The notes beneath the pieces are model-generated. The model worked only from the letters and a program-made list of their open reading frames with translations. It searched no databases and had not been told where the DNA came from. A stretch of DNA of 64,000 bases. Source: a virus. A program made the translations under genes and the position numbers. The DNA is taken from the IMG/VR virus record IMGVR_UViG_3300042566_000678, positions 84,236 to 148,235 of that record. One strand, 5' to 3'. Position 1 is the stretch's first letter; every line of letters begins with the position of its first letter. Below are positions 29,705 through 39,019 of the stretch, one piece after another.

Positions 29705-30955
29705 CTATTTTAAACTATCTAATTGAGCTACAACCTTTCCATAATTTTCATAAAGGTTACCATATACAATAACCATATTATCTTTATGATTATCTAATAC
29801 ATTCTTAATTGGTAAAGTATGCCCACTAATACCAGCGGATTTCCAATCCCTTTCATTAAGATATGTAAATATAACCAACCAACGATTAATAGTTTCATCA
29901 TATGCTACTAAAATATATTGCCCCTCTCTAATACCCTGCCCACCTCGCCATTGTGTAGCTGAAGAATTAAAATTCGTTACCTTTATTTCAACTTTATCAT
30001 CAATATCATTGTGATAAATATCGGGGTCTGTGGCGTGACCATGTGCTGCTCTAACATCATATCCCTCACTTCGTAATATTTGAGCCCCAATCATCTCTGT
30101 TAAGTGAGAAATAATCGCAGAGGTAGAACCTTTAGTAAAATCCTTGTAGGGAAAATAATCTTCACCATTAATAACTACTTTACTTTCACGTGTGGAATGG
30201 ATTAAATTTGAAACTCTATTAAATATACTTTTGAAAATATCAGTAGTGTATATTTCACTCCAATTTCTATTAGGATTATTTGATTTAACTACTTTTGTTT
30301 TATTTCTACCAGTTGCCTCATCCCAAGCAGTTTTTACACTCATATCACCAGAATCAACTAGTGGTAATAAATCTTTACGCTTTGCTTTAATTTCTTGTAG
30401 TTTCTTTATCGTATCACGACTTGTACCCAATTGCTTAATATGTTCATCTTCTTGAGAAGTACTTCTATTAATAGCAAATTCTTTTACATGGGCCAAATTC
30501 ATTTGTTCAAACTCATTCAATTTAACAGAGTGAGTCATCTTACGATAGATGTTTGAACTAACCACAGATTGTAAAGTTGTATATGGTTCGTTTTCAAAAT
30601 CAGGATAAGGTTTATCCGAAAATACTACCCAAATTTCGGTGTTAGCAAGTTTTGCAGCTTCAGTCCTAGTGTGACCAGCATCAATTAAACCATCCTCCCA
30701 TATAATTACAGGTTGTTCGTTTGCAGTTAATCCCCGCTCAATACGTTTTTTAAAATCTTCTGATAATTTTAATTGAGTTGCCTTTTCTTCCTCAATGTTT
30801 GTATATATCTCTTTGTTAAGAGGATTTGGAATAAGTAAATTTGGGTCTACAAATATCTTATCTTTTTTCTTTGTTGTAACTAATTGAATTGTTGTTGGCA
30901 TTCCTTTTGGGGTTTTTGTAGGTATGGGTGATACCTGTATTTGATTTTTGTTCAT
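29705..30955 (-). CDS. ParB-like N-terminal domain fused to a restriction-endonuclease-like C-terminal domain
   Basis: LIPNPLN, LIDAGHTR; C-terminal DPDIY...VEIKVT. Confidence 0.6.
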   Translation of the reverse strand: MNKNQIQVSPIPTKTPKGMPTTIQLVTTKKKDKIFVDPNLLIPNPLNKEIYTNIEEEKATQLKLSEDFKKRIERGLTANEQPVIIWEDGLIDAGHTRTEAAKLANTEIWVVFSDKPYPDFENEPYTTLQSVVSSNIYRKMTHSVKLNEFEQMNLAHVKEFAINRSTSQEDEHIKQLGTSRDTIKKLQEIKAKRKDLLPLVDSGDMSVKTAWDEATGRNKTKVVKSNNPNRNWSEIYTTDIFKSIFNRVSNLIHSTRESKVVINGEDYFPYKDFTKGSTSAIISHLTEMIGAQILRSEGYDVRAAHGHATDPDIYHNDIDDKVEIKVTNFNSSATQWRGGQGIREGQYILVAYDETINRWLVIFTYLNERDWKSAGISGHTLPIKNVLDNHKDNMVIVYGNLYENYGKVVAQLDSLK

Positions 30956-31003
30956 AATTTATTGTTTTAAAGTTTAAAATTTATGCTAATATACAACTAA
31001 TAT

Positions 31004-31558
31004 TTAAGATTTCCTAATAAAATCAACAAAATCTTGTAACTTTTTTTCGTTAATTGGTTTGTAGTTCGGATTTCTCCATATCGGTTTAGTTGATGAACGT
31101 TTCCCATCACACAGATAAAACACCTTATGAATATTACCCTCATCCATATAATACTCGTATGCCTTATCACTTACACTATTTTCTAATGCAAGAATAAAAG
31201 TAGTTGGTTTGGATGTAACACCATTTAGGATTCTACCAAAATCTGAACTAGCCCTTTCCATAAAACATCTATCTAAATATGCTTTACATTCACCAATCTT
31301 TTGCATAGTCCCATCTGTATGGTATAGGTGTCTATCTACCTGAAACTTTAAGGAATACCCACTTTTAGATACGGATTCAATAAAATCATTTTTCTTTGAT
31401 TCACCACCGATTTCAGTTTTCCAAATCAAATCTAACAATCCTTCTACCACCTCTTTCATAGTGGAACGAACCATACCCATTTCGCCTTTGTTGGCGTAAG
31501 ACCTTGCCATTCCGACATTATCTTCGTAATACTTAATGTAAGTTTGTAAGTTGCTCAT
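31004..31558 (-). CDS. Restriction-endonuclease-like PD-(D/E)XK protein
   Basis: QVDRH...GECKAYLD. Confidence 0.55.
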   Translation of the reverse strand: MSNLQTYIKYYEDNVGMARSYANKGEMGMVRSTMKEVVEGLLDLIWKTEIGGESKKNDFIESVSKSGYSLKFQVDRHLYHTDGTMQKIGECKAYLDRCFMERASSDFGRILNGVTSKPTTFILALENSVSDKAYEYYMDEGNIHKVFYLCDGKRSSTKPIWRNPNYKPINEKKLQDFVDFIRKS

Positions 31559-31559
31559 A

Positions 31560-31835
31560 TTAATAAGATTTTATGTTTTCTTCGTGATAAGTTGTGGTTT
31601 TACCGCTACTATTTTGTTGTGTTGTTATGGTTTCACCTCTACTTGTAAAGTAATGAAAATGCATTCCATCATAAAAACGATACATTTTCACACCATCTTT
31701 CTCAAAAAGATATTCTACCTCAAACCCATCATCTTTACCAACACGTTCCTTTGACATTGGTTCGTTAGTACAAGCCCCAAACAACATAGCACCTAGTACT
31801 ATGATTGTTATGTAAATCGCTAATATCTTTTTCAT
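31560..31835 (-). CDS. Small lipoprotein (DUF4884-like)
   Basis: Lipobox FGAC; VEYLFEKDGVKMYRFYD. Confidence 0.7.
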   Translation of the reverse strand: MKKILAIYITIIVLGAMLFGACTNEPMSKERVGKDDGFEVEYLFEKDGVKMYRFYDGMHFHYFTSRGETITTQQNSSGKTTTYHEENIKSY

Positions 31836-31836
31836 A

Positions 31837-32292
31837 TTACCAAGATGAAGAGTAATAGTAATCATCAGCATTAGTATCACTCAATGCTTCCTCTAAAATC
31901 TCAATTGTGTTTTCAATATCTTTGTAGTACCACTCATCGTATTCAGTACCACCAAAGAAGAAACCACTTGCAGTTGGTAATAATTCTTCTGCCAATGAAT
32001 TATCGTTTAGGATTTTCTTACATATATCCAATAATTCTTGCAACTTATCTAAACTTACATAATACTCACTACAATTATCCACACCATTTTGCACATTCTC
32101 TACGAACCATTGGTGAATTTGGTTTGCTTTACGCCAATAACCAACCTCTTCAATAACATAAGTAACACGTTTTGGGTCAATCTTTATAGATTCACCACCT
32201 TTGGTCACTTCCACTTTGTACTGCTCTTCTGGTGTTTGATGCTCCCATTGTCTAACATAGGTACGCTTCTCTAAATACATGTCTAATCCCAT
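31837..32292 (-). CDS. Conserved phage hypothetical protein
   Basis: MGLDMYL, YWRKANQIHQWF, LPTASGFFFG. Confidence 0.8.
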   Translation of the reverse strand: MGLDMYLEKRTYVRQWEHQTPEEQYKVEVTKGGESIKIDPKRVTYVIEEVGYWRKANQIHQWFVENVQNGVDNCSEYYVSLDKLQELLDICKKILNDNSLAEELLPTASGFFFGGTEYDEWYYKDIENTIEILEEALSDTNADDYYYSSSW

Positions 32293-32310
32293 TGTTTTAT
32301 TTTTTAAAGT

Positions 32311-32550
32311 TTATAAATAATTTTTAATAACTGAAACTACATTTTCTATTCTATTGTAAAGTGCCTTATCTATCTTTGCACCTCTAGCTACTTCAAGTAA
32401 ATCATCGTAAAGGTAGCCATCATATAATCCGTATAACATATTCATAAGGTCAAAGCCAGTATTGAAATCAACCTCTTTAATAATATCCATAATTTCACCT
32501 AGCGTTGTTGGTGTCATATTGGCATGTCTATCAAATTTAATGTAACTCAT
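32311..32550 (-). CDS. Hypothetical protein
   Basis: ORF track. Confidence 0.65.
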   Translation of the reverse strand: MSYIKFDRHANMTPTTLGEIMDIIKEVDFNTGFDLMNMLYGLYDGYLYDDLLEVARGAKIDKALYNRIENVVSVIKNYL

Positions 32551-32553
32551 ATC

Positions 32554-32730
32554 TTATTTGTTTTGATTGTCTAACTCAATAATTTCTGGTCCGTATTTGA
32601 TGAACCGCTTTTTGGAATTGAAAATCTTAATTGCTTTCTCTTTTGAGGGAGCGGAGATGAAGATTTGTTCATCATCGAAATCGTTGTAACCCGGCACCCA
32701 GCCGTAATAATTAAATTGGTAATTTTTCAT
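32554..32730 (-). CDS. 58-aa hypothetical protein (not in ORF track)
   Basis: MKNYQFNYYGWVPGYNDFDDEQIF...; fills the gap between neighbours. Confidence 0.6.
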   Translation of the reverse strand: MKNYQFNYYGWVPGYNDFDDEQIFISAPSKEKAIKIFNSKKRFIKYGPEIIELDNQNK

Positions 32731-32742
32731 AACTTTTATATT

Positions 32743-33051
32743 TTATTCTTCACAAACCGTAAACTCAATTGCTGGTCCAAAGTCCCAAATCCCCCCACTA
32801 ACACCCATCCAATTGTAAGATGGTTCTAATATCGTTCTAACTTTCTCTCTATCTATGGAATCAAACTGAATCTCATACTCATGTGGTTGAGTGAGGTACT
32901 CACCGATTGCGTTGATGATTTCTTTACGAGAAGCAATTGGATACATACCAGTCTTTTTATTGTAAAAATCATTACAATACTCAATGAACATAGTAAGTTC
33001 ATTTAAAAAGTTTCTTTGAACTTGCATTGGAATTGGGGCTTCATTCATCAT
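32743..33051 (-). CDS. Hypothetical early protein
   Basis: Follows a class I promoter cassette. Confidence 0.7.
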   Translation of the reverse strand: MMNEAPIPMQVQRNFLNELTMFIEYCNDFYNKKTGMYPIASRKEIINAIGEYLTQPHEYEIQFDSIDREKVRTILEPSYNWMGVSGGIWDFGPAIEFTVCEE

Positions 33052-33087
33052 ATCTTTGTTGTTTTATGTTTAACTCTTATTACTCTA

Positions 33088-33118
33088 TAAAGGTACGCAA
33101 AATAAATGAGAAAGTCAA
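33088..33118 (-). promoter_or_regulatory. Strong early-type promoter (class I)
   Basis: TTGACT-N17-TACCTTTA. Confidence 0.75.
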
Positions 33119-33141
33119 GTCTTTTCTCAAATATTTTTTAA

Positions 33142-33372
33142 TTATTTTAATCGGTACATAAATAAATGCCCACAATCATCATCATAATCTACATCTTCTA
33201 CAACCTCATTCATACCACCGATAATGGATTGTAATTTATCCACATCAACGCTTCTCCAATAACCAAATCGGAAATACACATCGTAACTACCACCAAAAAC
33301 TTGTTTGATTTCAAAATCACCAAACTCTGCTTCAATCTTTTTTAATGTTGAAATACCTAATCCATTTCTCAT
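33142..33372 (-). CDS. Hypothetical early protein
   Basis: Follows a class I promoter cassette. Confidence 0.7.
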   Translation of the reverse strand: MRNGLGISTLKKIEAEFGDFEIKQVFGGSYDVYFRFGYWRSVDVDKLQSIIGGMNEVVEDVDYDDDCGHLFMYRLK

Positions 33373-33408
33373 ATCTGTATTTGTTTATGTTTAACTTTTA
33401 TTACATAG

Positions 33409-33439
33409 TAAAGGTACGCAATTTTTATCACAATGTCAA
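33409..33439 (-). promoter_or_regulatory. Strong early-type promoter (class I)
   Basis: TTGACA-N17-TACCTTTA. Confidence 0.75.
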
Positions 33440-33491
33440 GTCTTTTCCAAAATATTTTTTTGATATATTTATATATACATTCGGGGGTTAT

Positions 33492-33650
33492 ATGAAATCA
33501 TTATTTACAAAAGCATTAGTTTATTCAATTGGAACAATTGTAGTTTCAGCTGCGGTATTTAGTATTACTATGGCAGGGTTGAACCTTGCTGGTAAGACAG
33601 ATGTTACAAAGCAAGTTATTGAAGAAATGGATGAAGTTTTAGGAATCTAA
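33492..33650 (+). CDS. 52-aa single-TM protein, the only credible plus-strand gene
   Basis: MKSLFTKALVYSIGTIVVSAAVFSITMAGL...; preceded by ATATTTATA and a GGGGG SD-like run. Confidence 0.6.
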   Translation: MKSLFTKALVYSIGTIVVSAAVFSITMAGLNLAGKTDVTKQVIEEMDEVLGI

Positions 33651-35227
33651 AGCATCAATCTAGAACCTATTAAGAAATTACTTAATATCGGTGCTCCAGC
33701 AGCAGTTGATGTGTTTATCTTATAGTTGAAACTCAAACCAAACTTTTTGGATAATTTATAATCTACGGATGTTCCTAATAGGAATCCAACATTAGTAGTA
33801 TAACTAACCTCACCCTTTGCAGTATTTAAACTTGCACCAGGAGTCATTACAAACACCTGTGGTGATAGAGTAAGTTTCTTTGATTTCTGATATGGTTTAG
33901 TCCAAAATACAACTGCTGAACTACTCATACTATAATCCTTACCGATAAATAAATTTACCAAACCTAAATTGTAACCATATACACCATACTTTGGATTTGG
34001 TATAATATGTGTAAATCCAGCCAATGCCATATAGTTACCAGATAGGTATGCAGTAGTTACTGAATAGGAGTTCATAGAAGCCATCTTTCCATCCTTAAAG
34101 TTCATCTTTGTTACACCACCACTCAAAGCAAACTGCTTCAATGTAGACCATACCATAGAGTTTAATGAATAGGTTACATTACCTGCTGCCGATGAACGTG
34201 ATATACCATTAGTAAGTATAGCTGCGAACTCACCAGGTGAACCTTCTACTACGCTTAAATCAGATGCTATTAATAGTGGATTTATTGGTGCTACTTTTTG
34301 TTTTTTCTCTTCTTTTTTTTCCTCTTTCTTTTCTTCCTTTTTTTCTTCTTTTTTAGATTCTTCTTTCTTTTCTTCCTTTTTAGATTCCGATTTAGATTCT
34401 TCTTTCTTTTCCTCACTCTTACTTTCAGATTTGCTTTCTGATTTGGATTCAGATTTGGATTCAGCTTTTGCTTCGGTTTTAGTTTCCGTTTTACTTTCAG
34501 ATGATGAAGATGAACTATTGGATGATGAACTACTACTACCACCGGCCGATGGAGATGATGAACTACTTGCTGGCGCTGGTGCGGATGATGCGGCAGGTGC
34601 TGGTGCTGAAGTAGTTGGTGTTGGTGGTGGAGGTGGAACTGCCGCCGATGCAGCTCCACTAGCTGCTCCACTCGCTGCCGAACTAGCCGCTCCACTTGCT
34701 GCCCCACTTGCCGCTGAACTTGCTGCTCCACTCGCTGCATTTGAGGCCGCTGAACTGGCTGCCGATGAAGCTGCTGAACTTGCTGCACTACTTGCGGCAG
34801 AACTCGCTGCCGATGAAGCTGCTGAACTCGCTGCTTGGGATGCTGCACTACTTGCGGCTTGAGCTGCTGCCGCTGATGCGGCTTGTGTAGCTGCTTGGGC
34901 TGCTGCTTGCTGAACTGCCTGATTTACCGTTTGTTGAACTGTCTGTTGAACTACTATTGTTGCCGTTTGGCATCCTTGTGCGGAGTATGCAGTATAAACT
35001 GTCTGTAACCATATTCGCATTGCACCACTTTGAACTTCATCTGGTGAGAATACTCTCATCTGGTCATAGAATGATACAAATGCACTTCCGTTGACATAAG
35101 TAGTAGTGGCAAGTTTTACCTCACCACTACACTTGTCAATAAATGTTTGTGTAAATGTTTGTCCTTTAGCTTTGGAAGCTAGACAAAAGATAAATAATAC
35201 ACTTAATAATATTCTTAAACTTTTCAA
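33647..35227 (-). CDS. Outer-membrane protein: signal peptide, low-complexity stalk, C-terminal beta-barrel-like domain
   Basis: Signal peptide; (AASS/AASG)n, poly-P/S, (KSES)n, (EEKK)n; amphipathic beta-strands at the C-terminus. Confidence 0.75.
   Translation of the reverse strand: MKSLRILLSVLFIFCLASKAKGQTFTQTFIDKCSGEVKLATTTYVNGSAFVSFYDQMRVFSPDEVQSGAMRIWLQTVYTAYSAQGCQTATIVVQQTVQQTVNQAVQQAAAQAATQAASAAAAQAASSAASQAASSAASSAASSAASSAASSAASSAASSAASNAASGAASSAASGAASGAASSAASGAASGAASAAVPPPPPTPTTSAPAPAASSAPAPASSSSSPSAGGSSSSSSNSSSSSSESKTETKTEAKAESKSESKSESKSESKSEEKKEESKSESKKEEKKEESKKEEKKEEKKEEKKEEKKQKVAPINPLLIASDLSVVEGSPGEFAAILTNGISRSSAAGNVTYSLNSMVWSTLKQFALSGGVTKMNFKDGKMASMNSYSVTTAYLSGNYMALAGFTHIIPNPKYGVYGYNLGLVNLFIGKDYSMSSSAVVFWTKPYQKSKKLTLSPQVFVMTPGASLNTAKGEVSYTTNVGFLLGTSVDYKLSKKFGLSFNYKINTSTAAGAPILSNFLIGSRLML
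34305..34915 (-). repeat. Coding tandem repeats (mostly 12-bp units for AASS/AASG, KSES, EEKK)
   Basis: Degenerate tandem repeats inside 33647..35227. Confidence 0.85.
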
Positions 35228-35260
35228 CCATCTGATATTTGCTACTTATATAAATATCAA

Positions 35261-36457
35261 TTAGTTTCCTTTTGTTGGAAATTTTGTCCAATCATTTGTC
35301 CACATTGGTTTATCCATTGTAGGTATTATCACATCCACTTCTTTATTACTCTTTGAAAGTGCAAGAGTTTTTAATTGGTCATTTGTTAGGATTGTAGTTG
35401 CTTTACTGATAAAGTTTAGTGTAGGGTTAAACGTTCCTACTGAATTGTTTTCAAATACTGAAATTCCATCTTTCACAAATTGTGCGGTTTCATTACTTTC
35501 CAAACTTAATCCACCTTTCATCCATCCCCAAATTACACTATTCTTCATTGTGAATTGTGTTGCTCTTCTAAATCTTAAACCTAAATTATGGTTTGATAAT
35601 GCAGTAGATGTATTCGGTCCAATCAAAATCATATTATAAAGTTTTGGATGTGTGAATGGAGTTGCAGATGAACCTGTTCCATCATTATCACATTCTACAC
35701 CATTTCCTGCATCACCATTATCTACGAATTGTGGGTCTCTCTTTGCTACACCATTTGTGATTGTTCCAGTGAATCCAAAATCAAAATCAAAATCATCATC
35801 TGCGGTTGCAAATGCATATAAGTTTTTAGGTGATACAGTCCCACCAAAGAACTCAAATGCATCATCGTTAGCGTAGATAGTTTGTACATTCTCAATGATT
35901 GTACCACTACCAACTCCACCTAATGTTAGTGCGTTGATTTCAGAGTTTGGCATTGCTGCAACTCCTGCGTATTCTATTCTTACATATTTTAGAATACCAC
36001 TATTATCCAAATCGTTTGTTCCACCAAACGCTCTACCAATACCACCTTCGATTGTTGGTTCGGATGTTCTATTGGTTTTTGCTCTACCCAATATTACAAT
36101 ACCACCCCAATCGCCAGGTGTTCTTTCACCGACTGCTCTACCCGATGTGAATACAATTGGTTTTGCCGAAGTTCCTTCTGCTATAATTTGTGCTCCTCTT
36201 TCGATACACAATGCACCTTTCTCACTTATATCTGATTTGATTATTGTACCCGGCTGAATGATAAGTTTTGCACCATCGGTTACATATACATATCCTTTTA
36301 ATATCCACTCTTTATCAGCGGTTAGGGTTGTAGTTGCTGAAATGTTTCCACTTAAAGTTGTAGTTGATGGTACATTTATTGGAGTAACTTCTCCACCCAA
36401 TTCTTTTGAACATCCAAAGATTGTTAAACTTGCAAATAATACTAATAATTTTTTCAT
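35261..36457 (-). CDS. Beta-helix lipoprotein of the family usually paired with a TBDR
   Basis: Lipobox IFGC; PIVFTS, GDWGGIVILG, DNSGILKYVRIEYAG, DDAFEFFGG. Confidence 0.85.
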   Translation of the reverse strand: MKKLLVLFASLTIFGCSKELGGEVTPINVPSTTTLSGNISATTTLTADKEWILKGYVYVTDGAKLIIQPGTIIKSDISEKGALCIERGAQIIAEGTSAKPIVFTSGRAVGERTPGDWGGIVILGRAKTNRTSEPTIEGGIGRAFGGTNDLDNSGILKYVRIEYAGVAAMPNSEINALTLGGVGSGTIIENVQTIYANDDAFEFFGGTVSPKNLYAFATADDDFDFDFGFTGTITNGVAKRDPQFVDNGDAGNGVECDNDGTGSSATPFTHPKLYNMILIGPNTSTALSNHNLGLRFRRATQFTMKNSVIWGWMKGGLSLESNETAQFVKDGISVFENNSVGTFNPTLNFISKATTILTNDQLKTLALSKSNKEVDVIIPTMDKPMWTNDWTKFPTKGN

Positions 36458-38937
36458 AGGTTGTAATTTAGTGTTAGTGAAATTGTTGTTTCGTTGTTTG
36501 TTTTAATTAAGGTACGATTTGGTTTTTGGTAATACTTAAATGGTTGTCTGAATATATCCGATACTGCTAATTTAATTTCTCCGTTTTTAATCTTACGAAG
36601 TAGAACTATATCCACCACATCACGAGAGTTTTCGAATATATCAGGATACCCTTGGAAACCAACTGCTGATATTCTATCTCCTACTCTATTGTATGATATG
36701 TTAAATGTGTTATTATTTTTGTGTAAGTTTAATCCACCATTTACTACATAGTTTGATTGCCCTTGCAATTGTCTTTTTACTGAACCTATTTGGACTTCCG
36801 AATTGATGAACGATGTGTTTGAGTATAAATCTAACCACTCATTTAATTTCTTACGAAGTTCTATCTCTACCCCATAAACTAATGCTTCTTTTGGGTTTTT
36901 GTATGTTAGTAAAAGGTTTGATGGAACTGAACCATCTGCTACTACTTGCTCAATTGGATTGAAGAACTTTTTACCAAAGAAACCAATTGATATATTTTCA
37001 CCTGATTTAGGATACAACTCAAACTTTATATCTGAATTGAATATATCAGTCTTTTGTAAGTTTGGATTTCCCAATAGTTGTGCGTTTCTTACAAAATCAT
37101 AATAAGCAAAGTTTGCTACCTCTCTGAACTCCGGTCTTGCTAATGTTTTACTTACGGATAATCTAACCTTTGTTTTTTCCGATGTTGAATATGTTGCGTT
37201 TAATGATGGTAGTAAATCAAAGTATTCTCTATCTACTGAAATCTTCTGTCCACCAAAATCAGATGTTTGTACTTTGAATAAATTGTACTCCGTTCTGAAA
37301 CCAGTGTTTATCTTTAACTTATCAATTTCTTTTTCGTACATCACATATCCATTTGCCAAATCAAAATCAGCAGTATATCTATCCGTATTGTTTGTGATTT
37401 CGTTTAACATATCCAATGCTTCGTATCTGAATATTCTTGCTTTGAAGTTTCTTAATTTCTTCAAGTAACCCACTCCTAAACGAATATCTCCTATGGATTT
37501 GTTTAATCCCCCATTGAATGAGTTTTCATCCATTACACTCCAAAAACGGTAGGTGTCTCTCCACGCTATTGTGTAAGGTGTTGTTGTGTATAAAGATGAT
37601 ATGAATGGAGTTACTCTATAATCGGGTTGGTCTCTCAACATAAGGTTGTATCCTACATTAAAATCCCAAGTCTTAAATTTACCTTCGAATTGTGTATTGA
37701 TTACTGCTTTTTGAATTGAGTTTGATGATTTACTATCCACATACTGAACATTATCATAGTTCTCACCAACTCTACTTAAAAACGATGATTCGGTTTGGTA
37801 GTTAGCAAGTGTTTTCCAACTATAACGATTCTCTCCCAAATACACTATGTTTAACAATCCGTTTAATGATTGTACATTTGAATAGTTTTGGTCTTTGTAT
37901 TTGTATGCTAATTCCGTTGATGATTGGTAATCAATTCTTTCGGTTGTGTTGGCTGAATATGTATTTCTTGCAGTTGAACTGAATAAGATGTTCCATTTGT
38001 TTTTCACCACACCAAATGATAAACTACCATTTAAGTTTGGGATAGATGTTGATGTTTCAGTTTGTGGTGAACCTATTAGTTTTGTGTATGCTCTTCTATC
38101 ACCATTACTGCCAATTCGGAATGTATTTGTTGATGGAAATGTTTTTGGGAATTGTATAGGGTCTACCAACCTAAAATCCTGTCCAGTTGATAGTGAACCC
38201 CAACTTCCTCCCAATGATATATTAAGGAAATCACCACTAACTTCCTTTGTTGTAATTTGTACCAAACCTCCTGCGAAATCACCCGGTAAGTTTGCAGATG
38301 CTCCTTTGTTGATGATGATATTATCTATAAGTGATGTTGGGATAATATCAAATGAGAATGCTCTCCTATCGGGTTCGGTTGATGGTAGGATTGATTTGTT
38401 TAGTAGAGCCGAGTTGTATCTATCAGCTAAACCTCTAACTAAAACAAACTTATCGTTTTGGATTGTTACTCCACTAACTCGTTTAAGTGCATCACCAACA
38501 GTTCTATCTGGTGTTTTCTTTATTGATTCAATTGATAAACCATCTGCTACAATGTAAGATGCTTTAAGTGTGTTGATAAGTGCAGATGCGGTTTCTTTCT
38601 TTGCAACTTGCTTTACCACAACTTCTTGCAACAATTTAGTATCCTCTTCTAATTGAATATCTAAATTAGTTGTTGTATCAATTGTAATATCTTTGTTGTA
38701 TTCTTTATATCCAACAAAAGATGCTTTTACTGAATAGTTTCCTTTTGCTATATTGGTAAATTGATATTTGGATTCAATATCAGATGTTGTTCCTGCTTTC
38801 TTATTTGTTGTATTATTGGTAAGCCAAATTGTTACACCTATAAGTTCTTCTTTGTTTGATTTTACTTTACCTGAAAGGTTTTGAGAGAAAATTTGATGTG
38901 AAAGTAACAGAATTGATAATAAAAATAGTTTCCTCAT
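36454..38937 (-). CDS. TonB-dependent receptor with N-terminal CarboxypepD_reg-like domain
   Basis: SFVGY, LQEVVV TonB-box-like, VRGLADRY plug, ARPEFRE, GNPNL, barrel C-terminus. Confidence 0.92.
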   Translation of the reverse strand: MRKLFLLSILLLSHQIFSQNLSGKVKSNKEELIGVTIWLTNNTTNKKAGTTSDIESKYQFTNIAKGNYSVKASFVGYKEYNKDITIDTTTNLDIQLEEDTKLLQEVVVKQVAKKETASALINTLKASYIVADGLSIESIKKTPDRTVGDALKRVSGVTIQNDKFVLVRGLADRYNSALLNKSILPSTEPDRRAFSFDIIPTSLIDNIIINKGASANLPGDFAGGLVQITTKEVSGDFLNISLGGSWGSLSTGQDFRLVDPIQFPKTFPSTNTFRIGSNGDRRAYTKLIGSPQTETSTSIPNLNGSLSFGVVKNKWNILFSSTARNTYSANTTERIDYQSSTELAYKYKDQNYSNVQSLNGLLNIVYLGENRYSWKTLANYQTESSFLSRVGENYDNVQYVDSKSSNSIQKAVINTQFEGKFKTWDFNVGYNLMLRDQPDYRVTPFISSLYTTTPYTIAWRDTYRFWSVMDENSFNGGLNKSIGDIRLGVGYLKKLRNFKARIFRYEALDMLNEITNNTDRYTADFDLANGYVMYEKEIDKLKINTGFRTEYNLFKVQTSDFGGQKISVDREYFDLLPSLNATYSTSEKTKVRLSVSKTLARPEFREVANFAYYDFVRNAQLLGNPNLQKTDIFNSDIKFELYPKSGENISIGFFGKKFFNPIEQVVADGSVPSNLLLTYKNPKEALVYGVEIELRKKLNEWLDLYSNTSFINSEVQIGSVKRQLQGQSNYVVNGGLNLHKNNNTFNISYNRVGDRISAVGFQGYPDIFENSRDVVDIVLLRKIKNGEIKLAVSDIFRQPFKYYQKPNRTLIKTNNETTISLTLNYNL

Positions 38938-38988
38938 TATTGTTTTTTTAGTTCAACAATAAGTAGGAAACTATCTTATTAAAATACC

Positions 38989-39013
38989 ATTTCGTATGTT
39001 ACGAAATTGTTAA
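38989..39013 (-). promoter_or_regulatory. Pho-box-like direct repeat overlapping an inverted repeat
   Basis: TTAACA and GTAACA at an 11-bp period; ATTTCGTA-N3-TACGAAAT. Confidence 0.45.
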
Positions 39014-39019
39014 ATTATA

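Noticed and set aside
34291-34890. Alternative-frame ORFs (185, 143 and 64 aa) and a possible CRISPR-like repeat
   Set aside because: They are by-products of coding tandem repeats; there is no repeat-spacer structure and no cas operon.
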